From NCBI GenBank assembly GCA_965215565.1, contig CBDCDZ010000004.1:672001-736000 (forward strand): a stretch of 64,000 nt of DNA, given 5' to 3'. The notes under the pieces were generated by a model. The model saw nothing but the letters and a program-made list of their open reading frames with translations, was not told the DNA's origin and searched no databases. This DNA is from Trueperaceae bacterium (lineage in GTDB: Bacteria; Deinococcota; Deinococci; Deinococcales; Trueperaceae). The translations under genes were made by a program, and so were the position numbers. Numbering within the stretch: position 1 is the first letter of the stretch; each line of letters opens with the position of its first letter. Of the stretch, positions 19,490 through 29,904 are shown piece after piece.

Positions 19490-20134
19490 ATGACCCGCCC
19501 CCAGAAACTCACCTTAGCCACCTTAGCCGTCCTGATACTCGCGGCTCTGGGGTGGTTGGTCTATATCCTCTTCGCCCCCCAAGAAGACCCGCTCGCCAGC
19601 ACGCTGCAACGCGGTTACGAAGGTCAGCCTACGCTCGGCAACGACGACGCGCCCGTCAAGGTCATCTTCTTCGAAAACTTTTTGTGTGAGCACTGTCGGG
19701 CGTTCGAGGCAAACGTCATGCCGCAGCTTAAACGCGACTATATCGACACGGGAGACGTCGAGGCGTACTACGTCAACCTTGCGTGGGGCGGCGAACGCGC
19801 TCTCCTAGCGGGTCTAGCGGGCGAGTGCGCCTACGCACAGGATGAGGCGGCGTTTTGGGACTACAAGTCCGCGCTCTACGAGGCGCAAGAGACCTGGCAG
19901 GGAGTGAACGATTTAGCGGCGGCAGCTCGAGATATCGACGCTTTGGACGCCGACGCGCTCCGCACTTGCGTCCAAGAGGCGCGCTACCAAGAGGAGGTTC
20001 AGCGCGACTTGGACCTCGCCGAGCGCGTCGGCGTGCAGGGTACGCCCTCGCTCGTGGTGGGTAATCAAGGCTTCCAAGGTCCGAGCTACCACACGTTGCG
20101 GCGCGAAATTGAGGCGCAGCTTCGCGGGAGCTAA
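19490..20134 (+). CDS. DsbA-family thiol-disulfide oxidoreductase
   Basis: CEHC, GVQGTP, N-terminal membrane anchor. Confidence 0.9.
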   Translation: MTRPQKLTLATLAVLILAALGWLVYILFAPQEDPLASTLQRGYEGQPTLGNDDAPVKVIFFENFLCEHCRAFEANVMPQLKRDYIDTGDVEAYYVNLAWGGERALLAGLAGECAYAQDEAAFWDYKSALYEAQETWQGVNDLAAAARDIDALDADALRTCVQEARYQEEVQRDLDLAERVGVQGTPSLVVGNQGFQGPSYHTLRREIEAQLRGS

Positions 20135-20202
20135 CGCGGCACCCTACCTCGGCTGTTGCGCGGTTTCTTCGCTGAAAAGATGCGCGTGCTAAGCTCGAGG
20201 TC

Positions 20203-21270
20203 ATGGACACGCGCCCCAGCCTCCTAGACCTCAACCTCGCGGACCTCCCGACGGACGGACCGAGCTACCGCCGCACGCAGCTCGCCGGGTGGCTCTACGA
20301 GCGGGGCGCGCTCGACTTTGAGGAGATGAGCAACCTGCCGAGAGGCTGGCGCGAAACGCTCGCGGCGCACTACACGGTGAGCCCGTTCGCGCGTTCCGAA
20401 CGCTTCCCCTCGAAAGACGGCTCGGTGCGCTATCTCTTCACGCTCGCTGACGGCAAGCAGACTGAAGCCGTCTATATGCCCTACGCGGACCGCAAGACGG
20501 TCTGCATCTCCTCGATGGTGGGCTGCCCGGCGGGGTGCGCCTTCTGCGCGACGGGGGCGCTAGGCTTCGGGCGCAACTTGACGCGGGCGGAAACCTTGGC
20601 GCAACTCCTAGACGTGGCGAGAGCCGAAGGCTTCGCGCCTAAAGAGATTCGCAACGTCGTCTTGATGGGGATGGGCGAGGCGCTCCTCAACTACGACAAC
20701 GCGGTGGGCGCGATTCGCACGATGGTCCACCCGCAGGGGCTCGACATGTCGCCGCGCCGCATCACCTTATCCACGGTAGGCTTGCCGCAGAAGATTCGGC
20801 GGCTCGCCGGCGAGGACCTCTCGCTCGTGCTGGCGGTGAGCCTGCACGCGCCCGACGAGGAGACGCGCCGCGCCATCATCCCTACAGCGCACGCGCATTC
20901 GATAGACGACATCATCGCGTCGCTGCACGCCTGGTTTGAGGCGACGGGGCGGCGGGTGACGGTCGAATACACGATGTTGCAAGGCGTCAACGACGCGCTC
21001 TGGCAAGCGGAGGCGCTCGTGGAGCGTTTGGACGGACTTTTGGCGCACGTCAACCTCATCCCTTTCAACCCGTGGCAGGCGTCTCGGTTTCGCTCGAGCA
21101 CCACCGCTCAAATCAAAGCCTTTGAAACAACCCTGCGCCGCGCGGGGCTCTCCGTCTCGGTGCGCTTTAGTCGCGGGCGCGACGCGGGCGGCGCGTGCGG
21201 TCAACTCGCTCTGACGCAAACCCCTAGCCCACTGCCGAGCGGTGCGACGGGCGGACTATCTCCTCTGTAG
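20203..21270 (+). CDS. rlmN: 23S rRNA m2A2503 methyltransferase (radical SAM)
   Basis: [23 protein letters not shown] motifs. Confidence 0.95.
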   Translation: MDTRPSLLDLNLADLPTDGPSYRRTQLAGWLYERGALDFEEMSNLPRGWRETLAAHYTVSPFARSERFPSKDGSVRYLFTLADGKQTEAVYMPYADRKTVCISSMVGCPAGCAFCATGALGFGRNLTRAETLAQLLDVARAEGFAPKEIRNVVLMGMGEALLNYDNAVGAIRTMVHPQGLDMSPRRITLSTVGLPQKIRRLAGEDLSLVLAVSLHAPDEETRRAIIPTAHAHSIDDIIASLHAWFEATGRRVTVEYTMLQGVNDALWQAEALVERLDGLLAHVNLIPFNPWQASRFRSSTTAQIKAFETTLRRAGLSVSVRFSRGRDAGGACGQLALTQTPSPLPSGATGGLSPL

Positions 21271-21327
21271 TTTGAATCTATAGCTTAGACCTCTTCATGG
21301 TTTGATTGACCACGCCGCTCTATTATT

Positions 21328-21428
21328 TAGCAGTTCCACGACATACTGAGACAAAATGCCGCAGATATCATCTCGTAAAGTGCGTGCTACTCAAAGTGAG
21401 AGCGTCTCAAACCAGATGATACCTGCTA
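21328..21428 (+). mobile_element. MITE A, intact short copy (empty IS110 target)
   Basis: TAGCAGTTCC...CCAGATGATACCTGCTA with ATT on both flanks. Confidence 0.85.
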
Positions 21429-21701
21429 ATTCTTTCAGGCGGTGTACCACGTTTCGTATGTGCAGTAACGCAAGAGCCGCGAGAGAGGCAGATCAGTTTT
21501 TGCGTACACATAAAATGGGACACCTTCCCTTTCACGGCTGTGTTCTCCGCCACATCAAGTGGAGTGAAGATTCGGACACTCGCGCCCGAAAAGCCGTGCT
21601 CGTGTCGGATTTAATATATGAGGGTGTGCAAGGCGTACTACCATGTCCCGAATCTCGCTGTGTTTGCGCTCTCACGTAGGCGGCACACTTTGGAGGCATG
21701 A

Positions 21702-23282
21702 ATGAAGAGCATTACTTGCGGCGTTCTGATCATAGCGTCGGCTTGCGTGACTCTAGGTTACGCGCAGCCTAGCTGGGCTGAACCTGCTGCGCCCGCACCG
21801 TCACAAGCGTCGTCTTCGGACGAGCGGACGAGCTTGTCGGCGCTCATCAGAGAGACGCGCAGCAACCCCAAAAATGTTGAAGCGTGGCTCGCTTTGGGTC
21901 AGCGCTACCTGGATAACGGTGTGCTGGAGAAAGCCAAGGAGAGCTTTTTAGAGGCGGTCACGCTCGATTACCTCTCGGCGGAGGCGCATTTCGGCTTGGG
22001 GCTGACCGAGTACGCGCGGGGTGACTTCGCGGCTGCTCTATTCGAATTCGGCGAAGTGGCGCGTCTCTTCCCAACGCGCTTCGACGGTCACTACAACCGC
22101 GCCGTCACCCTAGCGAAGCTGCGCCGCACCGAGGAAGCGGTGAGCGCGTTTCAAGAGGCGATCGCCCAAGCCGAGCCCGAAGCGAGCGCCGAGGCGCGAG
22201 TAGACGCCTATTTGGGGCTCGCCGAACAGCTCAAGACGTTAGAGCGTTTCGGCGAGGCTGCTGAAGCCTACACCGCTGCGAGCGACGTGACGCAGGATAG
22301 TCAGCAGCGCGACGAGTTGACCTATAGACGCGCCGACGCGCTCTACCGCGCGGGGCAAGGGCTAGACGCGCTGCCCAGCTTGGGCGCTCTGGAGGGTGAC
22401 TACCGCGCCGACACGCTCGTCGCCGATATCTACGCGCAAGCCGGACAGAACGACTACGCCTTGCGTTCACTCAACCGCGCGATTCGCAACGCGGCGTCTG
22501 CGGGTGACACGGACGCGCAAGCTCGCCTCTTGACGGAACTCGGAACGTTGCAGCGCGAACTCGGGCGCGAGGCGGACGCGGTTAGCTCGTTCGAGCGGGC
22601 GGTGGAAGTTGACGGGGACTCGGGCCAAGCTCTATACAACTTAGGGCGCAGCCTCTTAGAGAGCGGACAGCCCGAAGCGGCGCGAGCGCCGCTCCAGCGG
22701 GCGCTCAAGGCGGAGAGCGCCGCTGAAACCGAAGGCGCGGTCTACCTCGCTCTAGCCAACGCCTTCGAGCAGCTTTCCCAGTTCGACGAAGCGCGCCGCA
22801 ACGCCGAAGCCGCCGCGCAGCGCCTTAGCGACGCTAGCGCGCGCAGCGACGCAACCTTTATCACCGGGCGCTCGCTCTACCGACTCGGCGACTACCGGGG
22901 CGCGCTCATCGCCCTAGAAGACGTTGTTGCCGCGCAGCCCGGAAACGCCGACGCGCAGCTCTGGGCGGGCTTGGCACACTATCAAGCGGAACAGTACAGG
23001 AGCGCCGCGCAGTTCTTTGAACGCGCCGTGCAACTGAACCCCGAAAGCGCCGAGGCGCGCGTCAACTTAGGCGCGGCGTACCTCGCAGCGGAGCGCTACG
23101 AAGACGCCGAGTTGGTCTACGAACTCCTCATCCAGCAGACCGGCGGCGACGCGGACACCTACTACAACCTGGGCTGGTCCCTCCTCTCGCAAGGGCGCGG
23201 CAACGAGGCGCGCCAAGCGTGGCAGCGTTCGTCGGAGCTAGGGTACACGCCCGCTCGCACCGCGCTGAGGCAGTATTTCTGA
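21702..23282 (+). CDS. Secreted tetratricopeptide-repeat protein
   Basis: Signal peptide plus many TPR units (AWLALG, AHFGLG, YNLG). Confidence 0.9.
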   Translation: MKSITCGVLIIASACVTLGYAQPSWAEPAAPAPSQASSSDERTSLSALIRETRSNPKNVEAWLALGQRYLDNGVLEKAKESFLEAVTLDYLSAEAHFGLGLTEYARGDFAAALFEFGEVARLFPTRFDGHYNRAVTLAKLRRTEEAVSAFQEAIAQAEPEASAEARVDAYLGLAEQLKTLERFGEAAEAYTAASDVTQDSQQRDELTYRRADALYRAGQGLDALPSLGALEGDYRADTLVADIYAQAGQNDYALRSLNRAIRNAASAGDTDAQARLLTELGTLQRELGREADAVSSFERAVEVDGDSGQALYNLGRSLLESGQPEAARAPLQRALKAESAAETEGAVYLALANAFEQLSQFDEARRNAEAAAQRLSDASARSDATFITGRSLYRLGDYRGALIALEDVVAAQPGNADAQLWAGLAHYQAEQYRSAAQFFERAVQLNPESAEARVNLGAAYLAAERYEDAELVYELLIQQTGGDADTYYNLGWSLLSQGRGNEARQAWQRSSELGYTPARTALRQYF

Positions 23283-23348
23283 GTTAGGAAGTCTCGAGTC
23301 CAGATGCGCAGAGTCAAGTCCTGTGTTGACGAATAAAAGAGCTTGTGA

Positions 23349-23381
23349 AGCAGCGCCCTCGGTTGAGGGCGCTGCTATTTT
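23349..23381 (+). terminator. Intrinsic terminator
   Basis: AGCAGCGCCCTC-GGTT-GAGGGCGCTGCT followed by ATTTT. Confidence 0.8.
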
Positions 23382-23410
23382 GCACCTTTTAACTTAGCTG
23401 AGGCTTGATT

Positions 23411-23705
23411 TAGCGTTTCCACTTATCGTTGCTTGGACGAAGTCATTCCCGGAGGGAAACTTCGTAAGCGAAGCAACACTTCTTCGCAGATTTCACAGCT
23501 TGCTGTAACGGAACTTCATCATAATCAAGTGCGTGCTACATTTCTAAAAGCTGCTCCGCGTGAGCGAGCAGACGGAGTTTTCGCAAGGCGAATTACGAAG
23601 TTTTCCGATTACGTAGTTTTTGCGCAGCAAAAGGAAACAGTGTTTTCTACAGTGAGGGTGTTGCTTTGCAAAACTACGCATACTCAGACTAGATAATACC
23701 TGCTA
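23411..23705 (+). mobile_element. MITE A, long degenerate copy
   Basis: TAGCGTTTCCA...GTGCGTGCTA...CTAGATAATACCTGCTA. Confidence 0.7.
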
Positions 23706-23867
23706 CTTATCGCTAAAATCTCCAATTCCCGCTAGCGAACAAAGGGTTGCAACTCCTTGTTCATATTCAGTGAGCATTCCAGAGTAAAGCCACTACCATA
23801 TTTACAACGAGAAGCTCGAGAGAATTCCCCATGACCTCTTCTGCTCAGTCCGTCCAAGCGGAACGCA

Positions 23868-23978
23868 CAGCAGGTCCAAACTATACTGCGGCGGATGAAC
23901 GCAGGTGGCATCTCCAAACGTATAGGCTAGTCGGTGTTTTCTCGAGTGTGCGCGTTTTTGACCAGATGAACTTAGTAT
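23868..23978 (+). mobile_element. Degenerate MITE A copy ending in an IS110 right-end junction
   Basis: CAGCAGGTCCAAACTATACTG start; 23961-23978 is identical to 9657-9674. Confidence 0.7.
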
Positions 23979-24048
23979 GAAGGCACCGAAGAGATATCCC
24001 AACACAGCTTACACCCCTCTCGCCGCGAGGTTCGTTAAAATTGAGGTC

Positions 24049-24558
24049 ATGAAGCGACTTCTGATGCTAAGCTTCCTCCTAACCTCATTCGCCCTTGCTC
24101 AGCCCACCTGCGAAACTCTAGTGGATGACCTAGAGACCGCCTTTGGCGAAGCCGAGAGCCTCATGTCCGAAGTCGAAGTCGTCGCCAACGGGCGCGAGAT
24201 GGGCTACCAGAAAGCGCGGCTCTACCGGGACGACGCGGGCGAATTGCAGAGCGAAGTCATCGAGGAGCGCGGACAGCGCCCACCAGAGGACGAGGGCGAA
24301 GACGAGGGCGACGAGGAGTTTAGCTTTAGCTGCGAGGGCAACGAGTTGGAACTCTTAGGCAGCGACGGTTCGTACCGCTTGACCTTACAAGAGGACGACG
24401 AGGAGATTCCGGTGGACGAGTACCGGCTCGAGTTCACCCCCCGAGAGGGTCGCTACGTGCCGCGCTCTATCATCGCGAACTTCAATACGACGTTCGTGCT
24501 CATTCCGGTGAGGGGCACATTTACGACGAAGCTGAGCGAGTGGACGTTTCCTGAGTAG
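24049..24558 (+). CDS. Secreted hypothetical protein
   Basis: Signal peptide MKRLLMLSFLLTSFALA; TAAAAT 7 nt upstream. Confidence 0.7.
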   Translation: MKRLLMLSFLLTSFALAQPTCETLVDDLETAFGEAESLMSEVEVVANGREMGYQKARLYRDDAGELQSEVIEERGQRPPEDEGEDEGDEEFSFSCEGNELELLGSDGSYRLTLQEDDEEIPVDEYRLEFTPREGRYVPRSIIANFNTTFVLIPVRGTFTTKLSEWTFPE

Positions 24559-24612
24559 CATTTCAGCGAGTCAGCCAATCAGCTTGTCAGGAAAAGCGAA
24601 AACCCTTGACCG

Positions 24613-25173
24613 ATGATAGAACCTACGAACTCATTCTTGATGACAGATTTCTACGCGAGAGACGCCGAAACCGTCGCTAGAGACCTCTTGGGTACAACGC
24701 TCGTTCATCGCCACAACGGTTTATCTCAGCGCTCCCGCATCGTCGAAACAGAAGCCTACATCGGCACGCACGACCTCGCCTCGCACGCCTCGAAAGGCAG
24801 AACGAAGCGCACCGAGGTCATGTTCGGTCCACCGGGACGCGCCTACGTCTATCTGATTTACGGTATGTATGACATGCTCAACGTCGTAACCGGACGAGAG
24901 GGTGACGCCCAAGCGGTATTGATTCGGGCGGTGGAACCCCTCGAGAACGTCACGGGCAAAACGGATGGTCCGGGCAAATTGACGAGAGCTTTGGGAATCA
25001 CTCGAGACTTGAACCGCCACGACCTCACAGAAGAACCGCTCTGGTTGGGGCCCGGCACCCCGCCCCAAGAGGTCATCACCACCACGCGCATCGGTATCGA
25101 CTACGCCAAGGAGTGGAAGGACGCGCCGCTGCGGTTCTATGACGCGGGAAGCCGGTTTGTCTCGAGAAGATAG
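24613..25173 (+). CDS. DNA-3-methyladenine glycosylase (MPG/AAG family)
   Basis: IVETEAY, AYVYLIYG, VLIRA, GPGKL, RIGI motifs. Confidence 0.93.
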   Translation: MIEPTNSFLMTDFYARDAETVARDLLGTTLVHRHNGLSQRSRIVETEAYIGTHDLASHASKGRTKRTEVMFGPPGRAYVYLIYGMYDMLNVVTGREGDAQAVLIRAVEPLENVTGKTDGPGKLTRALGITRDLNRHDLTEEPLWLGPGTPPQEVITTTRIGIDYAKEWKDAPLRFYDAGSRFVSRR

Positions 25174-25383
25174 CAATGAGTGAAAAGCAATCTAGTCAAG
25201 CTGGTGGCTTTAGCTTCTGAAGGAACGATTACGAAGTTTTCGCAGAAGCGAAACGGTGAGCAGCGAGTAAAAAGCGTTTGACTTTAGCTTTCAACTCACT
25301 GCTCGTTGCTTTCAACTATCTTTTACTCATTACTCAAAAACGACAACCTCTCCCCCTAGTCCGATACCCTGTTACAGTGGCCT

Positions 25384-25809
25384 ATGCTCGACACCCGAAC
25401 CTTCAGAAGTATCATCGAAGACCTCATCCCCATGAACCGTTTTTTGGGGCTCAAGTTAGAAAACTTCGACATGGACACGGGCGACGTGACGACGCGCTTA
25501 GAGATGCGCCCCGAATATTTAGGCAACGCCCGCCGCGCCATGCCCCACGGCGGGCTCATCTCCTTTTTGATTGACGCCACAGCGGGCGCGTCCGCCGCGC
25601 TTTCTCTGGACGACTATTCGCTCATCGACCGCGTCGCCACGATCGACATGCGCGTGGACTACCTCAAACCTGCGAAGGGAGGGGTGCTCCTGACCTCTTC
25701 GACGGTCATGCGCCCCGGCAACCGCATCATCAATGTGCGCAGTGAAATCAGCGATGAGGTGGGCACGCTCGTCGCGCTCGGCTCGAACACCTTTAACGTG
25801 GCGCGGTAA
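25384..25809 (+). CDS. PaaI/hotdog thioesterase
   Basis: HGGLISFLID and TIDMRVDYL motifs. Confidence 0.9.
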   Translation: MLDTRTFRSIIEDLIPMNRFLGLKLENFDMDTGDVTTRLEMRPEYLGNARRAMPHGGLISFLIDATAGASAALSLDDYSLIDRVATIDMRVDYLKPAKGGVLLTSSTVMRPGNRIINVRSEISDEVGTLVALGSNTFNVAR

Positions 25810-25813
25810 CGCA

Positions 25814-25990
25814 GTGGATTTACAGCGCTTAGCCACCTCCTTTCTGCTCTTCACCGTCGCCATGCTCGGCTTTAATACCATCGGCTCGGAGCGGACGTTT
25901 ACTGAAGCCATCCCCTTGAGCCTCTTTCAAGGCGTCGTTTTCGCCTCACTTGTTTACGCTTGGGAGTGGTACCGCAGCAGGAAGAAATGA
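25814..25990 (+). CDS. Small two-TM membrane protein
   Basis: GTG start after the thioesterase stop; two hydrophobic helices. Confidence 0.5.
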   Translation: MDLQRLATSFLLFTVAMLGFNTIGSERTFTEAIPLSLFQGVVFASLVYAWEWYRSRKK

Positions 25991-26012
25991 CCCGAAGAGA
26001 TGACCCAAAGAA

Positions 26013-26921
26013 ATGAAAGGTGAACTTAGTGCGGCTGAATTAGAAACCCTGAGCCACCGCTACGGCTGGACGGACGCAACCGCTTCACTTCTTCACAGCG
26101 GGGAAAACGAGACCTTTTCGGCTGAGTCACAAGAGGTGCGCTGCGTAGTCCGAAAGTATCGCCAACGCACCCTCTCCCCCATCCGCGCCGAACTCGCCTG
26201 GATATCGGAATTGTCAAAAGAGGTGGCTGCGCCCCTAGTCCTCCCCACAAAACAAAACGCCCTCTTCACGCAGATAGACGGTCAAATTTACGCAGCGTTC
26301 GAGTACCTCGAGGGTCACTTTATCGAGGAGAACACCGCCGCCAATCTCTTCCGTTTGGGGCAGCTTTTCAACAGACTTCACATCACCTCAGAAGGGGTCA
26401 TGAAGAGGATGCCACCAACTTGGATAGGCTGGCAGCGTCCAACTTTCGACCGTCAAGAGGTCATCCAAAAGCCGCTCGAGCACCTCACAACCGCCGACTT
26501 CTTGACTAGTCAAGATAAAGCGAGATGTGAGCGTGTAGCGGCGGAACTCAGCGAGCGGTGGCGACTCACAGAGAAGACCTTCATCCACGCAGATTTGCAT
26601 TTTGGAAACGTTTTAGAGCGAGAGGATAGTACGTGGTTCTGCTTGGACTTTGGTGAATGTGGCTTCGGCTCGAGATATTTTGACCTGGGCGTCGTCAAGT
26701 TTCACCTCATGGCGGAGAGTGGGCTCGAGTATCTTCCCGACTTTTTAAGAGGTTACGGCGAGACTATTTCAGAGCAAGACTTGAGCCTCGGCACGGCGGC
26801 GCGCATCTTTTACACGGCGGGTAAGGTTCCAAAGCGCTTGGATATTCCTGATTTGGCTAAAAATCCTCGGGCGGTCATTCAGCGCTATTTGGGGTATCTC
26901 GAGTCGGAGTTGGAAGGGTAA
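26013..26921 (+). CDS. APH/homoserine kinase type II-like phosphotransferase
   Basis: HADLHFGN and LDFGEC motifs. Confidence 0.88.
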   Translation: MKGELSAAELETLSHRYGWTDATASLLHSGENETFSAESQEVRCVVRKYRQRTLSPIRAELAWISELSKEVAAPLVLPTKQNALFTQIDGQIYAAFEYLEGHFIEENTAANLFRLGQLFNRLHITSEGVMKRMPPTWIGWQRPTFDRQEVIQKPLEHLTTADFLTSQDKARCERVAAELSERWRLTEKTFIHADLHFGNVLEREDSTWFCLDFGECGFGSRYFDLGVVKFHLMAESGLEYLPDFLRGYGETISEQDLSLGTAARIFYTAGKVPKRLDIPDLAKNPRAVIQRYLGYLESELEG

Positions 26922-27054
26922 TACCCTTTCCGGTTAAACACGCGACTTTATCGCGTGTTTAATCCCGAGCGGATGCGAGTAGAAAAAGTACGGATTCCGG
27001 TGAGTACGGAATCAACTCCGAAGGAGTTTGTGCAGTAATCAACCGGAATCCGTA
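26922..27054. mobile_element. MITE family B (133 bp, resembling Deinococcus small repeat elements)
   Basis: TACCCTTTCCG...CGGAATCCGTA ends, TAA duplicated at both flanks, internal CCGAGCGGATGCGAG shared (inverted) with 62607-62739. Confidence 0.8.
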
Positions 27055-27445
27055 TAAGTGCTCACTCAGCACCGTGAGCTTCAAGACTTCACGCTGCCAC
27101 AAAGAGAGTTTCCTCTTCGTCAACTTCGCTAGTCTACATTCGCATTCTTACTGCGCTCCCAGGCGTCTCCCGAACCCTCTTAGGTGTTTCCGTGGGCACA
27201 TCTAACCCGTTGACCTCGCACTGCTCGGCGCGTCTGTGTGCGCTTCTCGCGTAACCTTCTCTATCCAAACCCACCTCATACCTCGTTATACCTCGTTGCT
27301 TAAACCGTCTAACTATGGGGACACCTCTTTAAGATGCGGAGCGACGCATCCAGAACCTGCGCTTTCAAGATGGGGCTTCGCGGCAGACCTAGCTCGTGAG
27401 CAGCCACAGGCGCAGCAAATCACTGGAGGCTCGAGGAGACGATGT

Positions 27446-28618
27446 ATGACACACATCTACCGAATTCTATCGTTTTTGCTCTTTGTAGGCTTTTTAGCGG
27501 GCTGTAGCAGCGGAACGCAAGAGGCTGTCGAGGAGCAGACCACCTTCGCGACGTACACCTTCGAGGCGGAGTCCGACGGGATGGCGCTCACGGGGCGCTT
27601 GGCACTCGACATTTTAGACAACGGACCGGAACGGCTCTTTACAGGCGCGCTCATCCTGGAGGACGGAACGCGGCTCCTCTCGAGCGGCACGATCCGGGGC
27701 AACTTCATCCGCATCGGCTTTCGCGGGGATAACATCGAAAGCTTGGGCGTGAAAGAGCTAGCCATCTTCGGGTGGGGCGCGCTGGAAGGTGACGGTGCGT
27801 ACGCAGGTGACTTCATTGCGGAAGCCACGCCTATGACCGAAGAGGGTGGACCGGAAGAGCGTACGACGGGCACCTGGAGCGCAACGCCGACCTCGCAAGA
27901 TGACGAACCCGACGAGGACAGTTCGGGCGGCGATACAGGGGGCAGCGAGCCCATTGACGAATCTATAACGCTAGCCGAACGCTACACATTAATTGCCTCG
28001 CTCGGAGGTAACAGCTCGGCTAGAGGTGAGCTTACCCTCGAGCCTACAGAAGGCGGCAGGTACGAAGGCGTCTGGACCCTCGAGGATGGCGCTCAACTTG
28101 CAGCGACGGCTGCTGTGGAGGGCGAAAACGTCGAATTCACCTTTTCTAACGAGGAATTGGAGATTGACATCGTCGGAACTGGACAAGCTGGCGACGACGG
28201 GCTACTCACGGGCAAGTACGAAGGCGAAGTCTTCGGCGAGCGTGTCACTGGGCGTAGCTGGACGGCTGAGCCACTTTCACCAGACGACGAACCTGGTGAG
28301 GACCCAGCCCCACCTTCTGACCCAGGCGACGGTGAGACAGAACCCGGCACAGTGCGCGTCGATATCACCGTGGATTCAGAGAACGTGAGCGGCACCGTTA
28401 CAATTGAGAGGATATTAGAAAGTGATGAGGTCGAAGTGGTCGCCTCGAGCGAGTTCGCTAGCTCGGGTCAGGGCAGCAGCGCAGCGCAGACGATTGAGCA
28501 GACGCTCGAGCCCGGCGACTACACCCTCAGGATCGCAATTGACGGCTTCGATAGTAACAATGTGATACCTTTCGAACTCGAGCCCGGTGAAGACGAAACG
28601 TTCAATCTAATCGTCTAA
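27446..28618 (+). CDS. Acidic lipoprotein with two repeated beta domains
   Basis: GAGGAG RBS, lipobox LAGC, repeated LEDG...G...WSA/WTA units. Confidence 0.75.
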   Translation: MTHIYRILSFLLFVGFLAGCSSGTQEAVEEQTTFATYTFEAESDGMALTGRLALDILDNGPERLFTGALILEDGTRLLSSGTIRGNFIRIGFRGDNIESLGVKELAIFGWGALEGDGAYAGDFIAEATPMTEEGGPEERTTGTWSATPTSQDDEPDEDSSGGDTGGSEPIDESITLAERYTLIASLGGNSSARGELTLEPTEGGRYEGVWTLEDGAQLAATAAVEGENVEFTFSNEELEIDIVGTGQAGDDGLLTGKYEGEVFGERVTGRSWTAEPLSPDDEPGEDPAPPSDPGDGETEPGTVRVDITVDSENVSGTVTIERILESDEVEVVASSEFASSGQGSSAAQTIEQTLEPGDYTLRIAIDGFDSNNVIPFELEPGEDETFNLIV

Positions 28619-28797
28619 CCTCTTCAACACTACCTGAACGTTCTTTGGGCGCTTCTTCGCAGTTTCGCAAGCGAGAGCCCAAAGAGCGTTTTTCTTGATC
28701 GCCTTTACACTTTACTGACTTGACACTTCACTGTCCTAAAACAATGTCGTACGCTCAGACCAAATAATGCTCGCCGTGCGTGTGATAGCGTACCCTC

Positions 28798-29886
28798 ATG
28801 ATTCACCCCATTCATGAAAAATACGCCAAACTTCTAGTCGAATACTGCACGAGCGTTCAAGAGGGCGAAAACGTCTCTGTCAACGTAGATACGCCCGCCG
28901 AACCGATGGCGCGGGCTGTCGTCCGTGAAGTTTTACGCGCAGGCGGCAACCCCGTGTTGCGCATGAACTACCCTGAAATGACGGAGGACGTGCTCGAGCT
29001 TGCCCCCGAGTCCTACTACGACGCCGAGCCGACCCTAGCTTTAAGCGAAATTAAACAAATCGACGCTTTCATCCGCGTGGGCGCACCCGTGAACAGCCGC
29101 GCTCTGCAAAACGCCGACAAAAGCAAGGTTTCGCGGCTCCAGAAGAAGAACCGCCCCGTTCAAAACATCCGTGTGCGCGAGACCAAGTGGTGCGGCACGC
29201 TCTACCCGACCCCTTCGGGCGCACAGGACGCGGGCATGAGCGTGTCCGAATACGAGCGGTTCGTCTACGGCGCGATGTTTTTGTTCGACGACGACCCTGT
29301 CGCCAAGTGGAAAGAGATTCACGACTTCCAAGCGCACCTCATCGAGCGTCTGAGTAAGGCGAAAGAGGTGCATATCAAAGCGGAAGGAACCGACCTCAAA
29401 CTGAACGTAGGCGGGCGCACCTGGGTCAACAGCGACGGACACAAGAACATGCCCTCGGGTGAGGTCTTCACAGGTCCGATTGAAGACAGCGCGAACGGGC
29501 ACATCACCTATATGGTCCCTAGCGCGGTGCGCGGCGTCGAGGTGGAGAACATCCGCGTGACCTTCCAGAACGGCAAAGCGGTGAAAGCCGAAGCCGAGAA
29601 GGGCGATGACCTCTTGCAGTCGCAGCTTGACACCGACGAAGGCGCACGTTACTTAGGCGAACTCGGCATCGGCACGAACTACAACATCCAAACCCCGACT
29701 AAGAGCATCCTTTATGACGAGAAAATAGGCGGGACGGTGCACCTAGCGCTCGGGCAGTCCTACCAGGAGACGGGCGGGACGAACGAGTCGGCGATTCACT
29801 GGGATATGATTTGTGATTTGCGTAAGGGTGGGGCGATTTATTTGGATGGGGAGTTGTTTCAGGAGGATGGGACGTTTAGGGTTTAG
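28798..29886 (+). CDS. Aminopeptidase, M29 (AmpS/AmpT) family
   Basis: NMPSGEVF, GELGIG, DEKIGGTVHLALG, HWD motifs. Confidence 0.93.
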   Translation: MIHPIHEKYAKLLVEYCTSVQEGENVSVNVDTPAEPMARAVVREVLRAGGNPVLRMNYPEMTEDVLELAPESYYDAEPTLALSEIKQIDAFIRVGAPVNSRALQNADKSKVSRLQKKNRPVQNIRVRETKWCGTLYPTPSGAQDAGMSVSEYERFVYGAMFLFDDDPVAKWKEIHDFQAHLIERLSKAKEVHIKAEGTDLKLNVGGRTWVNSDGHKNMPSGEVFTGPIEDSANGHITYMVPSAVRGVEVENIRVTFQNGKAVKAEAEKGDDLLQSQLDTDEGARYLGELGIGTNYNIQTPTKSILYDEKIGGTVHLALGQSYQETGGTNESAIHWDMICDLRKGGAIYLDGELFQEDGTFRV

Positions 29887-29904
29887 GAGCTTGTCAGCGG
29901 TTCA

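Noticed and set aside
21356..21679. ORFs sharing the peptide SNQMIPA (also 49766, 50610, 62328)
   Set aside because: The peptide is a translation of the MITE A end, not a protein family
27057..27240. Possible decayed ORF on the minus strand next to MITE B
   Set aside because: Fragments are too short and interrupted to assign
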